Under the pieces are notes generated by a model. That model was not told where the DNA came from, made no database searches, and saw nothing but the letters and a program-made list of their open reading frames with translations. A stretch of DNA of 64,000 bases from Neocallimastix sp. 'constans' (lineage: Eukaryota): NCBI GenBank assembly GCA_050613775.1, contig JBODTK010000013.1, positions 1,426,001-1,490,000 on the forward strand. Reading direction: 5' to 3'. Below are positions 29,084 to 42,257 of this stretch, piece after piece. Every line of letters begins with the position of its first letter. The first letter of the stretch is position 1. A program made the translations under genes and the position numbers.

Positions 29084-29700
29084 CATTTTTATAAACGGAA
29101 AAAGAAGAATAAAAAAAATACTATTTATTTTACAGGTTTTATGACATATATGTTCAAAACTATGTGTTGATAATTCAATATTTTCTGAAGCCTATATCAA
29201 TAAGTGTCAAAATGGTATGGTTTTTATACAAAATCTATGCAAAAACTATATGCAAATAAACTTCAAAAACCCATTTATTTTTAATTATTTTTTTATAGTA
29301 AAAGAATTTTAAAATACAGAAATTATTAACATAATTTTGATATAAAATATTATGCAATAGAATAATTAACTAGCATTAACATCATTGATAATGAAACTAA
29401 AGGTATTGTATTATTGGAGCATCCCAAAATATCGAAATAAAAGAAAAACGAATAACTAATAATGCTATTCTAAATAATAAATTAGAAGAAGAAATTAAAA
29501 CGATTAATATTGAATTAGAAACTGAGAATAAAAATAATTAAACTATTATTATTTCTGATAATTCTAACGTAAATAGTAAAATATGATGACAATAATAATA
29601 GAATAATAGAAGTAATAGTAACTGTTCTACAGAAAATTAAGAAAAAGCATTCAATAAATAATAATTTCAAATATAAAAATTGAAATATACAATACATTAT
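28740..29700 (+). mobile_element. Highly decayed DNA transposase remnant, possibly Mutator/MULE-like
   Basis: Broken frames show VQTFGCSYY (cf. MULE GCxFH), FMTYMFKT and YWS..RITNNAI (cf. W..RTNNxxE) in the expected order; many stops. Confidence 0.35.
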
Positions 29701-31097
29701 TTATAATATAATTTGTAAAAGTAAAATATCTTATAGTTTATTGATGATTGAAACTATAAAATTAATTAAATCAAATTAAAAGAAATTAAAATAATTTCAA
29801 AATAAATTTATTTAAATGTAGTATTAAAAAATTATTACTAATTATTTAAATCTTCTTATATTAATATTATTTTATATATTTATTATGCAATATATATATA
29901 TTAAAACAATTTTTCTTATTAATATACTTTTTTATGTTTATTTATATTAATAAAGATGAATAAAATTATTTAATTATTTATTTAATAAAAATTTATTTTA
30001 ATGTATTATGTTAATTATATTAAAAACTCATACACATAACGTTTTATTTTTTTAAAAAATTATGTTTAATTTTTAATAATATTATATGATTATTATTTAT
30101 TAATTATAGAAAACTTATTAATTTATCAAAGAATACTTCACTAAACAAGGTACTATATGATACCCAATATATATTGTATTAATTAATAGAACTTTTTCCT
30201 TTAGTTTCCTGTTTTCATATAAAAGATAATACAATACAATTAGGTAATAAATAAATATATTTTCTTCTAAAATGTTTTCTGTTTAAGATTTAAAAATATT
30301 CCTAGGAACTTAAAAATTTGGTTTCTGTTCTCTTTTGAAAATATTCAAAGTTATTAGAGTTATAGTAATAAATATAATATAAATATTGGACCTCATTGTG
30401 GCTAAAGTTGAATTAAAATAGTAAAAATAACTTGTTTTGGATTATCAATACAATAAGGAAAATTCTCTTTATTTCACTTTTTTTTTTTTTTTTTTTTTTT
30501 TTTATTGTCAACATTATTTTATTTAAATAGATAAGATAAAAATGGAAAAAAAAAAAACATATTAAAATTATTAATCTAATCCAAATTTAATTTTAAAATT
30601 AATAAACCTAACCTTTAATATATTAATACTAATATATTTTTCTTATCTAATAAAATTTACAATTATTAAATAAAATTAAAAATTATTTAAAACAAATATG
30701 GTAATACATCATTAATTTAATTTAAATATTTAATTAAATATAATTTTTATAGTGGAAAAATTAAAAAAAAAAAAAAAAAGATGCAAATTAATTAATATAT
30801 AATTTTTTATCAAAAAGGTCATTTATTAATCGTAACTACTGTTAATAATTGCTAATAAATATAAAAATAGCATATTTTTTTATAAATGCTGCTATAATAA
30901 TATATTAATATACCAATATAGTAGAATTTTATATTACTATATATAATAATATAAAATAAATGACTTTTATTCAATTTCAAAAATACTTAAAATGTAATTC
31001 TTAAATTATATTATATATTATATTTATTATAAAATATATTATTTTAAAATATTATTAATTTTGAAATAATTTAATATAATATTATTTACATTATTTA

Positions 31098-31128
<31 letters not shown>

Positions 31129-31578
31129 TAAAAAAAAAGGATAATTTAATTTTTTTATTTGTAATATTTATTATTACATATTCATATATATTATATGGAA
31201 TTTGTATCTTTAATTTTAAAATTATTTTATTCAATTGATATATTTATATGGATAGAAATATATACGGTTATATTTATAAAATTAGAAATGTATTATTATT
31301 CTAATATTAAATAATTTATAGTTAATTTTTTTAAATATTTCAAATAATTTAATAAAATATTTACATATAAATGTTAATAGGTTTTCTTATCTGTAATAAT
31401 ATAAAATTATTTTCGTGGATTATTTATTTGTGATTAACGTTAATTTCAAATATAGTATTATAATTAAATCAATAGAAAATGTAACAAAATATACTTGTAA
31501 TACATTATCTTTACATATTAATAAATATATAATAGTTTTTATATTAATTTTAAGAGTCATTATTATGTCTTATTTAGA

Positions 31579-31860
31579 AATTGAACTATGAAGTTTGAAG
31601 ATAACTTATTATTATCAGTTTTTAATATTTTATTAGTTATATTTAATATATATTAAAATATATAATAATGATAATGATAATAATAAAAGAATATGTATAC
31701 TTCACAACATATAAAATAATTATTCAAATATAAATTGAACTATGGAGCTTAAAGATAACTTATTATTATCAATTTTTAATATTTTATTATTAACATATAA
31801 TACGTATTAAAATAATAAATAAATAAAAAGATATGTATATATTAAAATATATAAAATAAT
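31579..31860. repeat. ~154-bp tandem duplication
   Basis: 'aattgaactatg(a/g)ag(t/c)tt(g/a)aagataacttattattatca' at ~31579 and ~31733, with continuing similarity. Confidence 0.85.
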
Positions 31861-33229
31861 AGTTTAAATAAGTAAATATAATATCTATATATTTAATACA
31901 TTTTAACACTATGAACTAATAAATTGTTATATTTAAACGTTTTTTTAAAATAATGCAATAATATTATCAATAAGTTTTTTATCATGTATATAGAATAGAT
32001 AGATATTTTCATTATATATAATTTTAACTATTTTGGATTTTTACATAAATGATTATAAATAACATTATCTGTTAATCATACATATGAATATTAAATATAT
32101 ATATTGTATTAGTTTGTATTTATTGATATTGATATTAATTAATAATTAGTATCATAATAATTTAGTCATTTATTTTTATTTATCTATTTAATTTTATATT
32201 AGAATGACTATAATACATTGCTATAAGAATGAATAAATAGATAAAGAGAAAAATAAATATAAAAAGGTGAAAAATGCACTTTTTATTTATTGCTTTCAAA
32301 AATATTTTATAATTAAAAATTATATTAATAAAACATTTTTAAAAATAGAGAGAGAATAATATTTTATTTTTCGTTTTTTATTCTGTTTAAATTTAAAGAT
32401 ATTTATATATAAAAAACTACAATAAAATATTATTACTTTAATGTGAAAATTGGTATTAATTATTATTATAATAAATATATAATTAGTTTAAGGTTTATTG
32501 CTTAAAAGAAGAATTAAATAAAAATATAGAAAGTCATTTATCTATCTAATGAATTAGTAAAGGTAAATAATAGATTTTTTTATTAATTAAAATAAAAATA
32601 AAGATAAAAATTAATAATCGACCTACAATGAAAAAAAAAAAAAATAGTTAAAAAGTTAAATAGAAAAAATAAAAAATAAAATATAAAATTTAAACAATGT
32701 CATAATTTTAGTTAACATATATACATATATTATATATATATATAAATTGACAAAAAAAAATATTAAAATATTTAATAAATAATAAAAAAATGAAGTAATA
32801 ACAACAGTAGTAAAATAATAATTGTATTATTTGAATGTATAAAGTAGTTTAATAAGAAGTTTAATAATATAAATATTAAATAAAAAAATATTAATTATAT
32901 ATAATACTTTTGTAATATTAAAGTAATATTAAATATATATTTTATTTAAAAAGAATATGAAATTAATATAGATATCATAATAATATTAATAATAATAATA
33001 AAATAATAATGATAATTATTACATATTGTTAAATGAAGGAAAATAATAAATAATACTTATTAGAATTTATATAGTCTATTTCTGAAAGTTTATATATTAA
33101 TTTTATACATTTTCATGTAAAAATAAAGTATCTTTTATTAAAAATTATATTATATTATATTAACAATAGATAATAAAACAAATGTTGATTAATTATAAAA
33201 TAATTTAATTAATTTTATATGTAATATAC

Positions 33230-33875
33230 AAAAATTGATAGTAAAAAAAATTGATAATTAAAAAAATTATATTAATTATAAAATCCAGAAAAATTAAAAA
33301 GTTTTCATTATCAATAAATATGCTGAAAATATAAAAAATATAAATTAATCCGCATTTTCCTTAAAAGGAAAATTACTTTAATTATTTTACTATAATTAAT
33401 TAATATAAATTATTATATTACAATAGATTTTAAAATTTAAACTTTAAAATTTTTAAAAAGTTTAAAATTACATATAAGTTTAAACAATAAATTTTTGATA
33501 ATATTTAAACGGATTAGGTTTAATTAAGTATAGTTGATATTTTTGGATTTTTGATAAGAGATAAGTGTATAATCGTAAAATTTTATTGGATAAAATTTTG
33601 ATAAGAATATTTTTAATGTTAAACTTTTGTTATTTTATTATTAAATAGCTATAAATAATTTGATAACTATTTTTTTCTGCATATCAAAAAATTAAAAAAA
33701 ATTATTTATTTATCAATAATACTTTTTAATAAATAAAATTTTCTGGATTAAATAATAAAAATAATAAAATAATTTAAAAGTGAAATAATAATTAATATAA
33801 TTTTTTTTAAATAACAAAATTAATATATTTATTTATCAAAAAAACAAAAAAAAAAATTTTTTTTATCTTATCATT
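33230..33875. mobile_element. Probable degenerate MITE/foldback element with long imperfect inverted repeats
   Basis: Left blocks aaaaaaattatattaattat (33261), aatccagaaaa (33282) and tatgctgaaaa (33319) are mirrored in reverse order by ttttctgcata (~33673), ttttctggatt (~33739) and ataattaatataattttttt (~33787). Confidence 0.5.
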
Positions 33876-36800
33876 ATTAATATATATTATATTTTAGGGA
33901 GTTTTAGTCATTGGAACAAGGCTATGATCATAGATTTGTTATTGATACGATAAATCGTAGAATAATTAAAAAACTATGAATAAGACAATTAGGTAATGAG
34001 ACTATTTAATAATAAAATAAGAAAAATATTATTTAATAAGTCAGATTAAACATTATAATAAAGATAATAAATAATTAATAATAACGTTAAATATAAGAAA
34101 TTATTTTTAATAAAATATATAAGAATAATTATATAGTAATTTTTAATATATAAAAATTATAAAAAGTATATAGAAATATTTAATATATAATAATTATAAT
34201 ATAATTAGGATTAATAAATAAGTATTATAAATATTATTATTACAAGTAATTAATGTATAGATAAAAATTTAAAATTATTATTTTATTGTAATAAAGAATT
34301 ATCATGTTTTAGATAGTCACAAAAGTATCTAATTTTATAAAGTTAAATCATTAAAATAAATTTAGTAATAGTCAACATTTTTTAATTAAAAAAAAAAAAA
34401 AAAAGTAAAATGATTTTATTATATTAATTAAATATACAAAATGTTTATAAGTTAATTTTTTTATGAAATGTAGAAAATGATTTTATTATTCTGTAAATAA
34501 TTAAAATTATATTTAATACTCTATAGTTTATAGTGTTTTTTTTTTTTTTTTTTTTTTTTTTTATGAAAGTTATAATAAATATTTAATTATAATTGTTCAT
34601 TAATAATGACTAAATAAATAATTTATTAAAAATATTTTTTTTTTATTTTATTATTTACTTAATAATTTTCATGAAAATGTTACACCTAAAAAATTTTAAT
34701 ATCGATTTAATAGTTAAAATTTTTAATATTTATTTATAATCAAAAAAATTATTGTTATCAAAATTATCTTTTTTAAAAAGACATATATTGCAATATATAT
34801 TTATCAATATGAATTTTATATTAAAAAAGGTTTGACAAAATTAATTTTTTTACTATTTTATTTTTAATAAATAAATAAATAAATAATAAATAATAAATAA
34901 ATAAATAAATAAATAAAAAAAGGAGATAAATTTATCATTAAAAAAAAAAAGATAACAATAAATAATTAAATCAAAAAACTTATTTTAATATATTAATTAA
35001 AATTTTTAAACTAATTAAAATTATCAAATATAATTATTATTTTATTATTTTTATAATTAATTAAGCTGAAAACACTCAACCACCCTTAATTTAATTACTT
35101 CACCTTTTATAATAAGTAATAAATACAAAAAAAAAAAAAAAAAAAAAAAAGAATGAAACAATAACAGAAAAAATGTCAATATATTAAATAATACTGAATA
35201 TTGTACTTCATATTAATATGTAAATACTACGTATAAAAATATATTATAATATTGAAAATTTTAAAATGTTACAAATGTTATAAAAATTTTATATATTTAT
35301 ATATGTTATAATAAATATATATAATTTAATATCAATATTATTTTCCCAATTAATAGAATTATTCATTCCATGGATTATATTGAGATAATTTTACAATTGT
35401 ATTTTCACTTTTATTTTCAAATTGAATATTGATTATATATTAAATTCATTTTCATTGTTTTTATTTATCTGGACAAGGTATCTTTTTTTTTTTTTTTTTT
35501 TTTATATCATTAGTTTTCAAATATTCTTTCGTGTAATCCAAAGTTTAATTGATAGAATCCTGTTAATTTTGATCTAATATTTCTAACTTTTTAATAAGGA
35601 ATTTCTATTTGTTTAATTAAAGTATAACTCTATTATTGATATTTATTCATTTTATACTATATACATATATATATTAATTTTAAAATTTATAATTATATAT
35701 AACATTATTTATGATATTTTATTTATTTTTACTCTCTCAATTGTCAATATATAATTAATAATTAATGAATATAATATATTTATAATTAATAATATTTGTA
35801 AATATATATATAAAAAGTATATTTAAATGAATAAATAAAAATATCCAATTAAATATTAATAAATTAACATAAGGAAATGAATAAAGAAAGACTGTTGATT
35901 TTACTTTAATCTCTATAAATTGATTATAATATTCTATTAATTAATTAAACTATTATTTTAAACTAATTATATTTATAAAACTGCAAATAATCATATATTC
36001 TATAAATATATAATTTTTTATTTATAAAATAAAAGTATATAAAATAATTTAATATATAATATATTTTTAATAATATATCTTTTTTATTAATTAAACCTTT
36101 GTATTTTCAAATATATGGATCTTTATTATTTTATTTCATAATAATTATTATTTTTATAATTATAAAAAAAAAAAGAAGAATTATTAAAAAAGTAATTAAT
36201 TAAAATTTTTTTTAATTATATATTATTAAATATAATCCAATAATTGAAATATTAATGATAAAAAAAAAAAGAATCATATCAAAAAAAAAAAAGATAATGA
36301 TATGATAAAAATTTATATTTATAATTTGTTAAAAATTATAAATAATAATAATTATAATTATATTTTATTATATTTATATTATATAATATTTTTATTCCTA
36401 TTTTATTTTGATAAAAAAATATGGAATAATTATATATAAAAACAATATAAATATTTAAATAGATAATATACATTAGAATCAATAAATTTATATTGATTTA
36501 ATATATACCAAGCTACCCAATTTATTTATATAAACTTGTTAAATCTATATATTATAATCAATTGTGTATATATTATTTTTAAATAAGAATCAATTATAAT
36601 GGGAATTGATAAACAACAATTAAAATTTAATATATATTAATGTATATTATAATATATATGATAATATATTTAATAAATAATATATAATATATAATATAAT
36701 ATATTATTTATTATTATTAAGTAAATTATTAAGAAAATATACTTTTTAAACTATAATAATTATAAATATAATATATATATTTTTTTGAAATATAAAAATA

Positions 36801-37335
36801 ACTGAATTTACCTTCAAAAAATAAATATCATCATAAGTTTGTTTTTCAAATACAAAGTAGAATAAAGAAAATTAAAATTTAATTGATTTATTATTATTTT
36901 TTTAAATTAATATTTTTTTCTATTTCTCTTTTTGGTAACTGTACTAAAAAAAGAGAGAAAAAAAGAAAAAAAGAATTTTATTTAATTATTATCTTTTTTA
37001 GAAATCGAATACAAAATTGAAAGAATTATATATTTAACATTTTTTTTATCAATATTATTTAAACTTATTTTTATAGTATAAAATTCTATTTTTTATCTTT
37101 TAAAAGGAATATTTTTTTAATATAAAACATCTTCTAAAAGCCGAAATAATAAACTCTTAAAATATATCATTAAATAAAAGAAAATTTAACGTATTATAAA
37201 TACTTCATTAAGTTTATTTATCTTTAAGTAAGGAAAAGTAAAGAAAAAAAAATTAATTTAATACTATCAATAATAAATTTTTTCTCAGCATAAATACATA
37301 TATAAAAAGAAAAAAGAAAAAAGAAAAAGAAAAAA

Positions 37336-38895
37336 ATGGAAGCTTTATTAGAAAAAATTAATAAATTAGCCGTAATGACTAATCAAACTCTTGCTGCTGT
37401 TAATTCAACGGAACAAACTCTTGCTCAACAAGCTGCATTACTTCAAAATAGTACTGATGCTATTTCTCAGGACCTTGAAAAGGTTTCAGCTATTAGTGGT
37501 CTTAGTGGTGGTGATATTGCCTGGGTTTTAATTGCCACTTGTTTAGTTTTTATTATGACACCAGGTTTAGGTCTTTTCTACGCTGGTTTAGCTCGTACTA
37601 AGAATGCCCTTTCATTAATGTTTGTCTGTATGGTTTCTATTGCTGTTGTTTCATTCCAATGGTTCTTCTGGGGTTATTCCCTTGCCTTTTCTAATACAGC
37701 CAACAATGGTTTCATTGGTAACTTAGATAACATTGTCTTACGTAATGTAGGTCTTGAACCAGGAGCTAACTCTGATACCATTCCAGAAAGTTTATTTATG
37801 ATTTTCCAATGTATGTTTGCTGTTATTACTCCAGCTTTAGCTTTTGGTGCCACTGCTGAAAGAATGCGTATTTTACCTGCTATTGTCTTCTTATTCTTTT
37901 GGTCTACCTTAGTTTACAGTATTATTTGCTATTGGACTTGGGGTTCTCATGGTTGGTTAGCTGAATGGGGTGTTATGGATTACGCTGGTGGTTTACCAGT
38001 TCACTGTGGTAGTGGTGCTGCTGCTATTGCTTATTGTTACATTATTGGTAAGAGAAAGGATTACAAGAAACACTTTGACCCACACAATGTTACCTTTGTC
38101 TTCATTGGTACTTTCCTCTTATGGTTCGGATGGTTAGGTTTTAACGGTGGTTCTTCTCTTGGAGCCAATGCTCGTGGTGCTAATGCTATGGTTTGTAGTC
38201 ATGTTGCTGCTTCTATTGCTGGTTGTATTTGGGTAGCTCTTGATTACTGGCGTACTGGTAAGCTTTCTATGATTGGTTTCTGTACTGGTGCTGTTGCTGG
38301 TTTAGCTACAGTAACTCCAGGATGTGGTTTCGTTACTCCATGTGCCGCTGCTCTTTACGGTTTATTAGGTGCACTTTGTTGTAACACTGCTGTCACCTAC
38401 AAACGTAAACTTAAGTTTGATGATGCTCTTGATGTTTTCGCAGTTCACTACGTTGGTGGTGCTATTGGTTTAATTCTTACAGGTTTCTTTGCTACTGAAA
38501 AGATTACCAGTTTAGATGGTGGTAGTGGTAAGGGAGCTATTGATGGTAACTGGAAGCAAGTTTACATTCAACTTGTTGGTACTATTACTGTTACCTTATG
38601 GAGTTTAATCATGACTTTTGTTTTATTAAAGATTCTTAACTTCATTCCAGGTTTAAAACTTCGTATTTCAGAGGAAGAAGAATTAAATGGTGTTGATACT
38701 TCTGAAATGGGTGAAGTTGCCTACGGTTTCATGTACGGTACCGATGGTAACTCTATGACACTTAACCAAGATGCAAAGTCACTTGTTATCAGTGAAATGT
38801 TACAAAGTGTATCATTTGCAGGTCAATCCTTATCACTAGCTAACGATGCTATCGAATTACCAAAAACTACAAGTGAAGAAACAATAAAAGCTTAA
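37336..38895 (+). CDS. Amt/MEP family ammonium transporter
   Basis: 519-aa intronless ORF with FIMTPGLGLFYAGL, FQCMFAVITPAL, GATAER, DYAGGLPVH, LWFGWLGFNGGS, GAVAGLATVTP, DDALDVFAVH and EEELNGVD; both conserved pore His present. Confidence 0.98.
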   Translation: MEALLEKINKLAVMTNQTLAAVNSTEQTLAQQAALLQNSTDAISQDLEKVSAISGLSGGDIAWVLIATCLVFIMTPGLGLFYAGLARTKNALSLMFVCMVSIAVVSFQWFFWGYSLAFSNTANNGFIGNLDNIVLRNVGLEPGANSDTIPESLFMIFQCMFAVITPALAFGATAERMRILPAIVFLFFWSTLVYSIICYWTWGSHGWLAEWGVMDYAGGLPVHCGSGAAAIAYCYIIGKRKDYKKHFDPHNVTFVFIGTFLLWFGWLGFNGGSSLGANARGANAMVCSHVAASIAGCIWVALDYWRTGKLSMIGFCTGAVAGLATVTPGCGFVTPCAAALYGLLGALCCNTAVTYKRKLKFDDALDVFAVHYVGGAIGLILTGFFATEKITSLDGGSGKGAIDGNWKQVYIQLVGTITVTLWSLIMTFVLLKILNFIPGLKLRISEEEELNGVDTSEMGEVAYGFMYGTDGNSMTLNQDAKSLVISEMLQSVSFAGQSLSLANDAIELPKTTSEETIKA

Positions 38896-39269
38896 TTAAT
38901 ATGAAATTAATAATAGAAAATTTTGTTAGGAAGTTCAAATATAAATTAATTTTACCATGATACCATATTTAAATAATCAGCGTATATATATATAAAATAT
39001 AATTAAAAAATTGGAAAGTAATATTTAAATAGAATTTAATTATAGATAATATATATTAAAAAAACTTATCGAATATAATATATATTTATATAATTTTCTA
39101 ATTTTAAATTAAAAACCAGAACTTGAAATAATTAGTCAATATTTTTATAATATATAAATAATACTTTTTTTTTTTTTATTTTATTTTATTATTTTATATA
39201 AATCAAATACAATAATTTGAATAATTTTATGAATATATATTATTTTTATTTCGTTTTATTTTTTTTTAT

Positions 39270-39313
<44 letters not shown>

Positions 39314-39849
39314 ATTTTTGTTAACCATTTTTAGTTTTTAAATACCATTTAGTAAAATAAGAAATATCCTAATATAATTTAAAATAAATTAGGATGAACA
39401 ATTTTTTTTAAACAATTTAATATTTAAGTAAATAATTTTTTTTTATTAAGAATAGATATTTTTTCTTTTTGTATAAAAAAAGAAGAAAACCATATTTTTA
39501 TTTATATACCATTTTTTCATTTTTTTTTAATAAAGAATATATATTTTTCAAAAAAAAAAAAAACAAAAAAAAGACAAAAAAAAAAAAAACAAATTATAAA
39601 ACAAGTCTTTATTTTTTTTTTTTTTTTAATTATGTGTTTATAATATTATTAATTGTGAACTTTTAACAATAATTAAAAAATAATATTAAAATAAATTCAT
39701 ATTTTCATATATATAGACATTTTTTGTTTATATTCAATTTTTTTTCTTTTCTTTGTATTGGACTATATGTAAATATTAATATATATATATATATATTTAA
39801 ATTTTCAAAAGCTAAAAAGGCAATTATTTACAAGGAGAATGATTTTGGA

Positions 39850-40488
39850 TTTATTTCAGAAATCAAAAACTTGCAATGATAATTGAACAAAAATTCTTGG
39901 ATGTTTCTTTAGATTCAGAAAAGGATTATGATAATAATATTTATTACTTTATATTGAGTGCTCTTCTTGGCTGGCGTTCAATATATTCAAAAATTAAAGT
40001 TAATGATGGGGAACAAAGACAATTAGTTGACAATATTTATAAACAAAGTTCAACTTCGTCGACTGTTCCGTATTTTGTGGAGGTTGCATAGTTTCTAACA
40101 AACGTAATACCATTAATTTGTTGATCTTTTAGATTGATAATGAAATGGTATTCCATTGAATCTATTGAATCTACCGTTGCCGAGAGCGTCGACGTCGAAA
40201 TGATAAGGCATGGATTTTCACCTCCCGGTGAAAGAACTGATACAGATTTATTAAATAACACTAATACTGAAATTATTACTTGCAATAATGGATGTGGTGT
40301 TATCATCGATGAATGGGAAAAGTTAGAGGTTATTATTTCTAACGCACTTTTATAATTTTATAATGTATAATATTTTATTTCATATATTTTATTTTATTTT
40401 ATTTTTTTATTTTCATTAAAATCATGTAATTTTATTATTATTATAAAATTAAATAAAGTTTTCTCAAAGTCTAAAATTAAAAAAAAAA
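39850..40488 (+). mobile_element. LINE family B, 5'-truncated 3' fragment
   Basis: Homologous to 16.3-17.0 kb and 44.7-45.3 kb (DVSLDSEKDYDNN..LSALLG..PYFV..EWEKLE..SNALL*); two in-frame stops; ends AATAAAGTTTTCTCAAAGTCT plus A-rich tail. 5' end approximate. Confidence 0.9.
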
Positions 40489-40673
40489 GGAATATACGTA
40501 AATATTAATATATATATATATTTTATTTTTTATAGATATAAATGGATATTGTAATTACATAAAAATTTTTATATATATATATTTAATATAATATTAGTAT
40601 TTTTAATGTAAACATCATTTTTGTTAAATCTAATAATTATATAAATTATATTATTAATAATAATAATAATAAT

Positions 40674-41339
40674 TGTTAGAATATGTGAAATGTATTTATA
40701 CTTGTATTGACACATATTGTATTAAAATATATATATAAGTCACATTTATTCATATAAATATATGTTAATTGTATATAGAATTATATATTAGTAATTCTTG
40801 AGTTATTCTATCATAAAAAAAAAAAAAAAATAATTTAGACACATATAATGAGTACGCATTTCCCGATATGACCATAACAGATATAACTGTTGTTAAGTGT
40901 GATATACTAGCATACTAGTACAGCATCGCTCCTCCACCTCCACACGTCGTTACACATTTCTTCTTGGAGCTGAATTCCCTAACATTTCTATTTATTATCT
41001 CCATTAACCACGAGCATTGAAATTGGGAACCAATCATCCCTCCTGTGGGTGTAATCATTAGAGTGTGGACATATTGTCATCAGCGTCTATGATTAAATTG
41101 TAACGTAGTATCATAGGGGCTGGGATCCTATAGGCTGCCAAGGGAAAGCTTTTTGGATACCACCGTAGTTTTATGATACCCCAGGATAGAAACCTTGAAG
41201 CATATTATATGACCATGTCAGGAATCGAATCAAGGATTCTACAGAACCGATTGAGTCAACACAGCGGCTCCTTTCTTTATCATAAAATATATTAGTAAAA
41301 TTGACATAATTATAAACCATAAATTTCTAACTCGTAATA
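40674..41339 (+). repeat. 5' LTR (40674-40818 plus 41278-41339, split by SINE insertion)
   Basis: After removing 40819-41287 the sequence aligns colinearly with 43765-43982, apart from one ~20-bp indel near the start. Confidence 0.85.
40819..41277 (-). mobile_element. tRNA-derived SINE-like insertion with 10-bp TSD
   Basis: TATCATAAAA is duplicated at 40809-40818 and 41278-41287 (single copy in the right LTR); the minus-strand head has box A-like TGACTCAATCGG and box B-like GATTCGATTCC; non-coding, much higher GC than flanks; ends GTGTCTAAATTA plus a T-run. Confidence 0.75.
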
Positions 41340-41876
41340 GATTAAGAATCTCAGTGACTCTCAAGAGATTCTCTGTAAAGATGAGTTCTTATCCAGACAA
41401 AAATTATGTCAAGGGGAAAAAATATTAGGTATAATTAAAAAATCCATATAAAAAGGTAAACATTTTAAAATTTGAAATATTAAATCTTAATGTTAAATTT
41501 AAGAATAAAATTTGTATTTTGAAAGTCAGCAAATTAACAAAATTTATAATAAGAATTTCATAGTTAATAAAAAATATTCAAAATAAACAAACCTTTAAAA
41601 TTTTAAAATAATTCATTAAATTCAAAAATAAACAAGGATTCTAAATTTAAAATAATTTAATTAATTTGGATTTGCTTAGAATATAAAGGTTGATTTTAAA
41701 ATAGAAATTAAACAATTCAAGTAAATAAATTGAACTTAAATTATTAAATAATATTTTAAAGTTCATAGTTTAAATCATACAATTAATATAAAATTCCTGT
41801 TCATTTCCAATATTTAAAAAGCAATATTATCAAATTAAAATTTATCAATAAACTATACAAGATAGTTATAACAAAT

Positions 41877-42257
41877 ATGTCAAAGGCTACTATAAAGTTA
41901 AATAAAGAAACTGGTCTCGGAACTTTAGAATATAATGGAGAAACTTATCAATGCGGTGGAATGCCAGGATTCAATTACCCCAAAGATACTACGATAGATA
42001 CTACTCAAGATGAAGGCAAACCTGATCATGCTAAAGTCAAACAAGAAATGCATTTAAGTGGAGAATTCGTTGACCAAAATGGTAATCCTTTTCCAATGCC
42101 CTATTCTGTGTCGTGGATAGGTTATAAAGGAGTTTTTATCCATGAAATGGCGCAATTGGAAGGTTCTCATGGATGTATCCACTTACTTCCTGGTGATGCT
42201 AAAAAGTTTTATGACTCTTTCAATGGAAAAGTAAGAGTTATTTTCAGTTGGATTTAA
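41877..42257 (+). CDS. Stand-alone L,D-transpeptidase (YkuD-like) catalytic domain protein, bacterial-type
   Basis: 126-aa intronless ORF with PMPYSV.W...GVFIH-x7-SHGCIHL...DAKKFYD (His codon 42141, Cys codon 42174); start context ACAAATATG; no signal peptide visible. Confidence 0.88.
   Translation: MSKATIKLNKETGLGTLEYNGETYQCGGMPGFNYPKDTTIDTTQDEGKPDHAKVKQEMHLSGEFVDQNGNPFPMPYSVSWIGYKGVFIHEMAQLEGSHGCIHLLPGDAKKFYDSFNGKVRVIFSWI

Noticed and set aside
36250..36700. GATA-factor sites upstream of the ammonium transporter
   Set aside because: GATAA is expected frequently at this AT content; enrichment cannot be shown without statistics.
40669..40673. ATAAT as proof of the LTR target-site duplication
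   Set aside because: Consistent, but uninformative because both flanks are (TAA)n repeats.
41040..41100. Hammerhead ribozyme (CTGATGA on minus strand)
   Set aside because: No correctly placed GAAA core or supporting stems found by eye.
41200..41270. Functional tRNA gene
   Set aside because: A/B boxes are degenerate and too close for an anticodon arm; better explained as a SINE head.
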